From positions 480,001-512,000 of the forward strand of contig NZ_CP011041.1 in assembly GCF_002310835.1 (NCBI RefSeq): a DNA stretch of 32,000 bases, read 5' to 3'. The DNA comes from Pseudoalteromonas tetraodonis (lineage in GTDB: Bacteria > Pseudomonadota > Gammaproteobacteria > Enterobacterales > Alteromonadaceae). A program made the position numbers and the translations under genes. Under the pieces are notes generated by a model that worked only from the letters and a program-made list of their open reading frames with translations, ran no database searches and had not been told where the DNA came from. This document shows, one piece after another, positions 10,702 to 17,740 of the stretch (position 1 is its first letter; each line of letters begins with the position of its first letter).

Positions 10702-11535
10702 ATGTCTATTTCAATAATATTACCTGTATATAATGCTGAAAAATTCTTAGATAAAGCAATTAAAAGTATTTTGATACAAACACATAAACAATTTGAACTT
10801 ATATGCATTGATGACGGTTCAACAGATCAGAGTTTAAATATTCTAAAAAAATATGCGACGTTAGATGATAGAGTTATAGTTATAAGTCGTGAAAATAAGG
10901 GGCTTATTTATACTCTTAATCAAGCTATTGATATGTCAAAATACAACTATATTGCAAGAATGGATGCTGATGATGTTTGTTTATCGACACGTTTAGAAGC
11001 GCAGCTCAAACTGATGCGAAAAGAAAGGCTAGCAATAGTTGGTTCTTCTTATACTTACATTGATATTGCTGGAAACATTATTGGGTCGCGATCTTTACCT
11101 TCAAGTAATAGCGTTATTTCATGGTTGATGGATCTTGGTTCTCCGTTGTGCCACCCCTCTGTTATGTTTGATAAAACGCTTTTAGGCAAAGAATTGTACT
11201 ATAATGCAGATTTCAAGCATTGTGAAGATTATGAACTATGGTTTAGGTGTCGCTCCATAGGAGTAAAATTTGGGAATTTAAAAGAAAAACTTTTTAATTA
11301 TAGAGTATTGGATACAAGTGTATCGCGACAAAATCGTCAAGAGCAAAAACAGACCTCGATTAATCTTGTAACACGTTATTGTTCTTATGCACATAATAAA
11401 ACTGAAGCTGAATATCTTTTATTTGACCGAAATACAAAAAGAAATACAAAGTTAAACTTAAAATTCTTTTTTAGAATTTTTAAGAAACTTAGTTTTGCAA
11501 AAGCTATTTTTGTTTTCTTGTATCTTACAAAATAA
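10702..11535 (+). CDS. Glycosyltransferase family 2
   Basis: 277 aa. The N-terminus ISIILPVYNAEKFLDKAIKSILIQTHKQFELICIDDGSTDQS plus ARMDADD is a classic GT2 (GT-A, DxD) signature. Confidence 0.9.
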   Translation: MSISIILPVYNAEKFLDKAIKSILIQTHKQFELICIDDGSTDQSLNILKKYATLDDRVIVISRENKGLIYTLNQAIDMSKYNYIARMDADDVCLSTRLEAQLKLMRKERLAIVGSSYTYIDIAGNIIGSRSLPSSNSVISWLMDLGSPLCHPSVMFDKTLLGKELYYNADFKHCEDYELWFRCRSIGVKFGNLKEKLFNYRVLDTSVSRQNRQEQKQTSINLVTRYCSYAHNKTEAEYLLFDRNTKRNTKLNLKFFFRIFKKLSFAKAIFVFLYLTK

Positions 11536-11548
11536 AAAGGAATTTACA

Positions 11549-12292
11549 TTGCTTAGTGTTCTTATCTCATGCTTGTTTAATCGTCTTGAAAACATAGAAA
11601 AAGTTATTAAATCCAAGGTTGTGTATGTTGAATATGTAGTTATAGTGCAAGGCACTAATCAAGATACTTTATCTACTTTTAAAGAATGTAATTTGTGGAC
11701 AAACCGCGATGATTTGAAAATCATTTGCGATCCTAACATTGGAGTAACTTACAGCCGTAATCTAGCAATTGAACATGCTAATGGTGATTTAGCTTTATTT
11801 ACAGATGACGATGTAACCTTGTGCGATGACTTTATCGAATTGGTGAATGAAAGTTTTCTTTATAATAAGAATTGTGACTTTTTAACTTTTAATGTTGAAG
11901 ATGAAAACGGGGATTTTTTAAAGCCTCCTTTATCTAAAAAAGAGCATAATCTTAGAACGATTCTTGGAGTTGGTACCATCCAAATAGCTGTACGATTAAA
12001 TGCTTTAACGCGAACTTATAAATTTCCTTTAAATCTAGGGGCTGGCGCAAAATATCCCTGTTGTGATGAACCCGTATATTTATCTATATTTTTAAACCAA
12101 GGGCACAAAGGAATGCATATACATAAAACCATCTGTCAACACCCTAAAGAGTCATCTGGGAGCTCACTTGATAGTTACGTTAAGGTAATATCTAGATTAA
12201 TTGCTTTTAAATATATCTTTGGAAAAGGGCTAGGTTACATTTTTTTTATAGTTTTCATTATGAAAAATATAAATAAAGTGTTTACTAAATAA
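11549..12292 (+). CDS. Glycosyltransferase family 2-like (GT-A fold)
   Basis: LSVLISCLFNR..., GVTYSRNLAIEHANGDLALFTDDDV (DxD region). I prefer TTG 11549, preceded by AAGGA 7 nt upstream and starting just after the previous stop. The ORF-track ATG 11495 would overlap the upstream gene by 41 bp. Confidence 0.65.
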   Translation: MLSVLISCLFNRLENIEKVIKSKVVYVEYVVIVQGTNQDTLSTFKECNLWTNRDDLKIICDPNIGVTYSRNLAIEHANGDLALFTDDDVTLCDDFIELVNESFLYNKNCDFLTFNVEDENGDFLKPPLSKKEHNLRTILGVGTIQIAVRLNALTRTYKFPLNLGAGAKYPCCDEPVYLSIFLNQGHKGMHIHKTICQHPKESSGSSLDSYVKVISRLIAFKYIFGKGLGYIFFIVFIMKNINKVFTK

Positions 12293-12385
12293 CTTACCTA
12301 ATCGATGACTCATTTTAGTTATTCAGTTAAGAGTTACTAATTAATTGTATACTAACCAGAATATTAACTACCTAAAGGACTACCC

Positions 12386-13270
12386 TTGAAAGCTGTAATT
12401 CCTGTTGCCGGTTTAGGCACCCGTATGTTGCCTATGACTAAGGCAATCCCAAAAGAAATGCTCCCCTTGGTTGATAAACCGCTTATTCAATACATAGTAA
12501 ATGAATGTGTGGCGGCGGGTATTAAAGAAATTGTGCTCGTGACACATAGCTCTAAAAATGCCATTGAAAACCATTTTGATACCAGTTTTGAGTTAGAAGC
12601 CACGTTAGAAAAACGCGTAAAACGTACTTTGCTAGATGAGGTGCGCTCTATTTGCCCAGCAGATGTTACTATTATGCACGTTCGCCAAGGTGAAGCTAAA
12701 GGCTTAGGGCACGCTATTTTATGTGCCAAGCCAATAGTTGGTGATAGTGACTTTGTTGTGGTTTTACCCGATGTAATTTTAGATGCTTATACGGCAGATC
12801 AAAAAACTGAAAACTTAGCGGCGATGATCGCACGCTTTAAGCAAACCCATGCCAGCCAAATTATGTTAGAGCCTGTTGCTATTGAAGATGTAAGTAAGTA
12901 CGGCATTGCTGATATTAATGGTGCAGAGCTTGCTGCTGGTGAAAGTGCAGCAATTAAAAAAATGGTTGAAAAACCAGCCGCAGATGTTGCTCCCTCAAAC
13001 TTAGCCGTTGTTGGTCGTTATGTTTTAAGTAAAAATATTTGGCCATTACTCGCTAAAACTCATGTAGGCGCAGGCGGTGAAATACAGCTAACAGATGCTA
13101 TTGATGCATTATTGGCTATTGATACGGTAGAAGCGTTTCATATGAGTGGTCGCTCACACGACTGTGGCGATAAACTCGGTTATTTAAAAGCGATTGTAGA
13201 ATACAGCATGCGCGATAAAAGCTTAGGCGATGAGTTTACTGAATATATGAAAGAGTTGGTTAAAGGATAA
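12386..13270 (+). CDS. galU: UTP-glucose-1-phosphate uridylyltransferase
   Basis: 294 aa. [39 protein letters not shown] and VEKP motifs are present. TTG start with AAAGGA upstream. Confidence 0.95.
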   Translation: MKAVIPVAGLGTRMLPMTKAIPKEMLPLVDKPLIQYIVNECVAAGIKEIVLVTHSSKNAIENHFDTSFELEATLEKRVKRTLLDEVRSICPADVTIMHVRQGEAKGLGHAILCAKPIVGDSDFVVVLPDVILDAYTADQKTENLAAMIARFKQTHASQIMLEPVAIEDVSKYGIADINGAELAAGESAAIKKMVEKPAADVAPSNLAVVGRYVLSKNIWPLLAKTHVGAGGEIQLTDAIDALLAIDTVEAFHMSGRSHDCGDKLGYLKAIVEYSMRDKSLGDEFTEYMKELVKG

Positions 13271-13340
13271 CGGGCGATGGGCATCGGGTAACGAGCTACG
13301 AGCGACGGGGTATGGGCATCGAGCCTAGAACCTCGAATTA
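13271..13340. repeat. Degenerate heptad tract (CGRGCNN-type units decaying to AGAACCT-type)
   Basis: cgggcga tgggcat cgggtaa cgagcta cgagcga cggggta tgggcat cgagcct agaacct cgaatta. It starts immediately after the galU stop. Confidence 0.85.
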
Positions 13341-13353
13341 ACCAGTTGGGCTA

Positions 13354-13455
13354 ATGGTTTTATTTTCTCATTTACTCCTCATTCACTTCTCTTTGTGAAT
13401 AAGATCTTAAAATATTTATGCACAAAGAGTTTAAGAGACGCAGCGCTTTTAGAGG
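13354..13455. repeat. Rearranged copy of the X module
   Basis: atggttttattttctcatttactcctcattcacttctctttgtg ... cacaaagagtttaagagacgcagcgcttttagagg. These are the same two arms as in the 27.8-kb units but in swapped order. Confidence 0.85.
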
Positions 13456-13460
13456 AAGTT

Positions 13461-13523
13461 ACGGACTGCGAGCTTCGGGTTACGGGCGACGAGCTTCGGG
13501 CCTAGAACCTAAATCCTAATACC
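13461..13523. repeat. Degenerate heptad tract
   Basis: acggact gcgagct tcgggtt acgggcg acgagct tcgggcc tagaacc taaatcc taatacc. Confidence 0.85.
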
Positions 13524-13550
13524 GACGCGGGGTGAACCCGCTGCTACAGG
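13524..13550 (-). repeat. REP-like hairpin element (reverse orientation)
   Basis: gacgcggggtgaacccgctgctacagg is the reverse complement of the GTAGCAGCGGGTT....CCGCG form seen at 27768. Confidence 0.85.
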
Positions 13551-13553
13551 TAT

Positions 13554-13587
13554 AAAAAAACCTTGCGATATTAGCCGCAAGGTTTTT
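13554..13587. terminator. Bidirectional rho-independent terminator between convergent galU and the MFS gene
   Basis: aaaaaaa-ccttgcg-atattagc-cgcaagg-ttttt: 7-bp GC-containing stem extended by A/T pairs, with an A-run on one side and a T-run on the other. Confidence 0.8.
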
Positions 13588-13597
13588 AAATATCTGG

Positions 13598-13658
13598 AAC
13601 CTTTAACCTTTAACCTTTAACCTTTAACCTTTAACCTTTAACCTTTAACCTTTAACCT
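13598..13658. repeat. Heptamer array (AACCTTT)n, 8.7 copies
   Basis: Read directly. It lies between the bidirectional terminator hairpin and the stop codon of the MFS gene. Confidence 0.97.
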
Positions 13659-13681
13659 CGCAGCTCGAACCTAGCACCCTT

Positions 13682-15049
13682 TTAAGCCCGACCTCGCAGC
13701 GCAGAAATACAGCTTGCCAGCATGACAAATCCTAATGACATTTTAAACGCCAATGAAATGGTGCTCATTAGTGCGTAGCTATTTTGCGCTGAGAAGGTGC
13801 TGTCGCCAAGGTAATAGTGCACAATTAAGTTGATTAAGCTCATGCCAAATAAATTACCAATAGTGCGTGATAAGTTCATTGAGGAAGACGCCACACCTAG
13901 CTCACTTTTATCCACTGCACCCATAATGGCATTGTTGTTAGGGGTCGAAAATAAGCCAAACCCAATCCCTAATAATAACAGTGAGCCACTAATGTAAGTG
14001 GTGCTTGAACTAACCGATAGCTGGGATAACAGAAAGAATCCAACCAGAACAATTACACAGCCTAGCGTGGCAAGTAAGCGTGGTTGTATTTTATCGGCAA
14101 GCTTGCCTGCTAGGGGCGCCATAATAGCCATTGAAACCGCTTGTAGTAATACTATTTGTCCTGCATGTGCGGGGCTTAATCCTTTTATATATTGCAGGTA
14201 CAAACTTAACAAAAAGGCCAGTGAAAAGTTACTAGCATACATGAGAAACGAAGTAGACAACGATAGGCTGAATACACGACTTTCTAAAAACATTTGTACT
14301 CTAATTAAGGGGCGCCGACTGCGACTTTGGTGAACAATAAATAGCATTAAACAAATGATTGAAAGTGCGGTTAATAGCCAGCCAGCTATATTCGGTAAAT
14401 CACTTAACCCTAATACCAAGCACAGTGCAAAGAGCGAGAAAATAACCATACCCCACCAGTCAAACGGCGATTTTTTATCGTTTTTCCATTCGCCATGTAA
14501 AAATAGTTTAATGGCAATAAGTAGCATAAGTACCAAGGGGATTTGCGAGTAAAACACGGCGCGCCATCCCCATATTTCAGTGAGCCAGCCACCAACCGCA
14601 GGCGCTGCACTGAGTCCTATGTATACACACGCCGCAGAGATGCCCAGTGCCATTCCGCGTTTATTATCAGGCGTAACAGAGGTAATAATGGCAACGCCTA
14701 TACCAAAAATCATGGCGCCTGCTGCCCCTTGTATAAAGCGCCAAAAAAGCACCCACTCAATAGAGTTTGCTAACGCACACATTAGCGAGGCCAGCGCATT
14801 TAAACCTAAACCAAATGCATACACGCGTTTGCGACCATAGTTGTCTGCTATTTTACCGCACGGCAGCATAAAAATGACGCTACTGAGTAAATACAAGGTG
14901 GGCATCCACGCAATCATTTTTGCGCTTGCGTGTAAATCTTCAGCAAGGTCAGGAATAGCGATATTAACGCCTGCCATGCCAAGCGGTCCAATAATAGAGC
15001 CGCTACAAACGATAATAAGTGCAATCGTAGTGGGGGGGAGATTAAACAA
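13682..15049 (-). CDS. MFS transporter (drug:H+ antiporter-like)
   Basis: 455 aa polytopic protein. MFS motif A GKIADNYGRKRVY lies between TM2 and TM3. TTG start with AAGGA 6 nt upstream. Confidence 0.8.
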   Translation of the reverse strand: MFNLPPTTIALIIVCSGSIIGPLGMAGVNIAIPDLAEDLHASAKMIAWMPTLYLLSSVIFMLPCGKIADNYGRKRVYAFGLGLNALASLMCALANSIEWVLFWRFIQGAAGAMIFGIGVAIITSVTPDNKRGMALGISAACVYIGLSAAPAVGGWLTEIWGWRAVFYSQIPLVLMLLIAIKLFLHGEWKNDKKSPFDWWGMVIFSLFALCLVLGLSDLPNIAGWLLTALSIICLMLFIVHQSRSRRPLIRVQMFLESRVFSLSLSTSFLMYASNFSLAFLLSLYLQYIKGLSPAHAGQIVLLQAVSMAIMAPLAGKLADKIQPRLLATLGCVIVLVGFFLLSQLSVSSSTTYISGSLLLLGIGFGLFSTPNNNAIMGAVDKSELGVASSSMNLSRTIGNLFGMSLINLIVHYYLGDSTFSAQNSYALMSTISLAFKMSLGFVMLASCISALRGRA

Positions 15050-15121
15050 GAGGTATCCTTTTATTTACTGGCCTTAAAATGATACGTGAATATACTTGCT
15101 TGTACAGGATTTAAAGGGCCG

Positions 15122-15233
15122 CGGGTTGCGGGCGACGAGCGGTGGGCAACGGGCTATGGGCTGCGAGCTACGAGTTACGAGTTACGAGCCTAGAGCTAAA
15201 CACCGAACCTCAAACCTAAAGCCTAAATCCTGC
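15122..15233. repeat. Degenerate heptad tract, 16 units
   Basis: cgggttg cgggcga cgagcgg tgggcaa cgggcta tgggctg cgagcta cgagtta cgagtta cgagcct agagcta aacaccg aacctca aacctaa agcctaa atcctgc. Confidence 0.88.
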
Positions 15234-15254
15234 GCGAGGTAAACTCCCGCCTAC
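15232..15254 (-). repeat. REP-like hairpin element (reverse orientation), left half of an inverted doublet
   Basis: gcgcgaggtaaactcccgcctac. Confidence 0.8.
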
Positions 15255-15280
15255 GGGCAAGTTAATATGGGTGTGTGAAT

Positions 15281-15302
15281 GTAGGCGTGGCTTTATACCG
15301 CG
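15281..15302 (+). repeat. REP-like hairpin element, right half of an inverted doublet
   Basis: gtaggcgtggctttataccgcg. Confidence 0.8.
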
Positions 15303-15367
15303 TATTTTACGTTTTGGATTAAAGGTTAAAGGTTGAGATTAAGCCAAGCACGGTGTTTGGATTGAAC

Positions 15368-15390
15368 GTAGGCGGGGCTTTATGCCGCGC
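15368..15390 (+). repeat. REP-like hairpin element
   Basis: gtaggcggggctttatgccgcgc, identical to the copy at 28067. Confidence 0.88.
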
Positions 15391-15431
15391 ACTGGTAGCT
15401 TTATGTCGCGTCAAAGGTAAAAAATTATTCA

Positions 15432-15545
15432 CCACAGAGGTCACAGAGGTCACAGAGGAAGTGATTAAAAGTAAAAACAGTTAGCTGTCAGCGTTCAAAA
15501 AGGTATTACTCTGTGTAGCGCGAAGCGCCTCGGTGCTCTCTGTGG
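15432..15545. repeat. Isolated copy of the Y hairpin module, left arm = (CACAGAGGT)x3
   Basis: ccacagaggtcacagaggtcacagagga ... ctctgtgtagcgcgaagcgcctcggtgctctctgtgg. The right arm is near-identical to the Y modules at 27.9-28.6 kb. Confidence 0.9.
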
Positions 15546-15605
15546 TTCAAAAATAAATATTTTAGGTTAAAGGCGAATGGTTAAAGTAAAAGAGCAGGTT
15601 TTAGA

Positions 15606-15640
15606 AATCAGATAGCAGACAGCAGATAGTAGAAATCAGA
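15606..15640. repeat. Short heptamer array: aatcaga tagcaga cagcaga tagtaga aatcaga
   Basis: Read directly. It abuts the stop codon of paralogue A, and the 7-bp phase continues leftward to about 15564 (aggttaa aggcgaa tggttaa ...). Confidence 0.85.
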
Positions 15641-15642
15641 CA

Positions 15643-15987
15643 TCAAGCAGAGTCGAACCTATTTTTTAAGCTAGTTAGCATAGCTGCTAACTCTTTTGTT
15701 TCTAAAACCCATACTTGGCTTATACCTTTTGGTAAATAGCCAATTTCATCCCCAATATAGATTTGGGTGCGCGCTTCACCTAGTGAGGCGCGTGCAATAT
15801 CAATAAAGCGGCTTTTTTCTTTAAAGCTTTCTCTGCAAACCCCCTCAGCTATATTGCTGGGAACCGATAGCGCAGACCGAGTTAACTGATCTCTAAACCC
15901 ATAATCTTTTAAATTAGCGGTAGATTTATAAATTTCACAACTTAGTTTTACAGATCTTTTCCATACATCTAAATGCTCAAAGTTCAT
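15643..15987 (-). CDS. Four-helix-bundle protein, 23S rRNA intervening-sequence protein / Avd family (paralogue A)
   Basis: 114 aa. FEHLDVWKRS...DQLTRSALSVPSNIAEG...RFIDIARASLGEARTQIYIG matches the PF05635/TIGR02436 pattern. Strong RBS (AGGAG, 5-nt spacer). It lies 58 bp downstream of the beta-CASP gene on the same strand. Confidence 0.85.
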   Translation of the reverse strand: MNFEHLDVWKRSVKLSCEIYKSTANLKDYGFRDQLTRSALSVPSNIAEGVCRESFKEKSRFIDIARASLGEARTQIYIGDEIGYLPKGISQVWVLETKELAAMLTSLKNRFDSA

Positions 15988-16010
15988 TACGATCTCCTAG
16001 GTTAAAATAA

Positions 16011-16031
16011 GACTTCTGATATCTGACTTCT
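16011..16031. repeat. Short heptamer array: gacttct gatatct gacttct
   Basis: Read directly in the 58-bp gap between the beta-CASP gene stop and the paralogue A start. Confidence 0.8.
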
Positions 16032-16045
16032 TATTTTACTGTTAT

Positions 16046-17428
16046 TTATCCCTTGCCAATTTCTACCGTCACCTCATCTCCCAATATTTCTCTGTATTTT
16101 GCTGCGAGTGTATTTTTAGCGTCATCATCGCCGTGAACTATTTTTATATGGTGGGGCTTTTTGCGCATACCGGTTACAAATTTAATGAGACCTGCCTGAT
16201 CTGCATGAGCACTATAACCGCTTATAGTGTGTATTTTGGCGTTAATATTCACCCTAGTATTATTTATCAACACGTAGCCATTTTTTGGTCCGTAGGTTTG
16301 TATGTCGCGACCTAATGTACCGCGCCCTTGGTAACCTACAAAGAGTACGTCGGTGGTTTTGTCGGTTAAAAAGCGCTCTAGGTAGTTAACTATTCGTCCG
16401 CCAGTGCACATACCGCTTGCAGCTAGAATAATTGCAGGTGTTTGGCGGCTGGCTAAGTAATTTATTAACGCTAAGTGCTCGCTATGGGTGTTTATAGTAG
16501 TGAGGTTTTCAAAGTCGAGTGGGTGACGACCTTTGGCTACTTTTTGTTTGGCTTCTTCATCCCATAAATATTTAAATTTTCGGTACTGCTGAGTAAAGTT
16601 AGCTGCCATGGGGGAGTCGAGTATTACTTGTATTGTGCGCCAAGGTGAGTTTTTAGCAGAAGCATGAATTAGCTGTTCAAGTTCGTATAACAGCTCTTGC
16701 GTGCGGCCAATACTAAAGGCAGGCACAAGTACTACGCCGTTATCGGCAACGGCGCGTTCAATCACGTTTTTTAAGGTTTGCGTACGTTGTTTACGACCTT
16801 GGTGATTTTTATCACCATAAGTTGACTCTATGACTAAGGTATCGGCTTTATAGGGCGCTTTAGGTGAGGGTAGTAAAGGCGTGTAGGGCGCACCTAAATC
16901 ACCAGAAAAAACCACTCTATGATTATTGCTCGCTTTATAAGGAGGCGTGCTTATGTCTATTTCTACATAAGCGGAGCCTAAAATATGCCCTGCTCGTTGT
17001 AGTCGGGCTTTAGCTGTGTGTTCACCTTTGCAAGGAAGCTCAAACCAGGCTTTAAAGTCTACTGCTACAACTTGTTGTTTAAGCAGCCTTAAGCAGGTAT
17101 CTATTATTTTTTGGTCTCGCGTAACGCCCACTTTTAATGCATCTTCAATGACTAACGGCAATAAGCTTGCTGATGCAACAGAGGTAAATATAGGGCTTTT
17201 AAAGCCAGCCATTAACAAATACGGAATTCGGCCAACATGATCAATATGGCAATGGGTAACTATTAATGCGCGAACAGTGTCTATATTAAATTCAATGCTT
17301 AGATCATCTACAGAGTCTTCACCCTGGAATAGTCCGCAATCAATTAGAAAAGAGCTTTGGTCGTTTATTATCAGCTGGTGGCATGAGCCTGTTACGCCAT
17401 TGACTGCTCCATGGTGAAGTATGTGCAT
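16046..17428 (-). CDS. MBL-fold metallo-hydrolase with beta-CASP / RNA-metabolising domain (RNase J / CPSF-like)
   Basis: 460 aa. HxHxDH motif (THCHIDHVGR), beta-CASP-type C-terminal region (ISGYSAHADQ, IVHGD). RBS AAGGAC upstream. Confidence 0.8.
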   Translation of the reverse strand: MHILHHGAVNGVTGSCHQLIINDQSSFLIDCGLFQGEDSVDDLSIEFNIDTVRALIVTHCHIDHVGRIPYLLMAGFKSPIFTSVASASLLPLVIEDALKVGVTRDQKIIDTCLRLLKQQVVAVDFKAWFELPCKGEHTAKARLQRAGHILGSAYVEIDISTPPYKASNNHRVVFSGDLGAPYTPLLPSPKAPYKADTLVIESTYGDKNHQGRKQRTQTLKNVIERAVADNGVVLVPAFSIGRTQELLYELEQLIHASAKNSPWRTIQVILDSPMAANFTQQYRKFKYLWDEEAKQKVAKGRHPLDFENLTTINTHSEHLALINYLASRQTPAIILAASGMCTGGRIVNYLERFLTDKTTDVLFVGYQGRGTLGRDIQTYGPKNGYVLINNTRVNINAKIHTISGYSAHADQAGLIKFVTGMRKKPHHIKIVHGDDDAKNTLAAKYREILGDEVTVEIGKG

Positions 17429-17450
17429 TTTATGTCCTTATGTTTGGCTG

Positions 17451-17513
17451 CGGGCCACGAGCCACGGGTTACGGCTCGAAGCTCGAGCCTAGCACTTAGA
17501 GCCTAACGCCTTT
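17451..17513. repeat. Degenerate heptad tract
   Basis: cgggcca cgagcca cgggtta cggctcg aagctcg agcctag cacttag agcctaa cgccttt. Confidence 0.85.
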
Positions 17514-17568
17514 ATTTTATAAGTAAATATAGCAGGTATTTTAATGTTGGTGGGACTTCATACCGTAA

Positions 17569-17627
17569 CGGGCGGGCAGCGTGCCACGAGCGACGAGCCT
17601 AGCAACTAACATCTTGAGCCTAATACT
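17569..17627. repeat. Degenerate heptad tract
   Basis: cgggcgg gcagcgt gccacga gcgacga gcctagc aactaac atcttga gcctaat ... Confidence 0.75.
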
Positions 17628-17654
17628 GACGCGGGGTAAACTCCCGCCTACAGG
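17628..17654 (-). repeat. REP-like hairpin element (reverse orientation)
   Basis: gacgcggggtaaactcccgcctacagg. Confidence 0.85.
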
Positions 17655-17657
17655 TAT

Positions 17658-17691
17658 AAAAAAACCTTGCGATATTAACCGCAAGGTTTTT
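17658..17691 (-). terminator. Rho-independent terminator of ppaC (same conserved hairpin)
   Basis: aaaaaaa-ccttgcg-atattaac-cgcaagg-ttttt. Read on the minus strand, the stem is followed by a T7 run. Confidence 0.8.
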
Positions 17692-17698
17692 AAATTTC

Positions 17699-17740
17699 TC
17701 GAACCTCGAACCTCGAACCTCGAACCTCGAACCTCGAACC
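17699..17740. repeat. Heptamer array (TCGAACC)6
   Basis: Read directly. Its last base is also the first base of the reverse-complemented ppaC stop codon (cta at 17740-17742). Confidence 0.97.

Noticed and set aside
13998-15077. Six plus-strand ORFs (63-111 aa) antisense to the MFS transporter gene
   Set aside because: They are embedded in and antisense to a well-supported 455-aa membrane protein gene, with low-complexity Arg/Ser/Ala-rich translations typical of antisense frames and no RBS.
17699-17740. tRNA gene or tRNA fragment, because GGTTCGA matches the T loop
   Set aside because: There is no acceptor stem, anticodon arm or D arm, and the motif is simply tandemly iterated. It is kept only as a low-weight curiosity in the findings.
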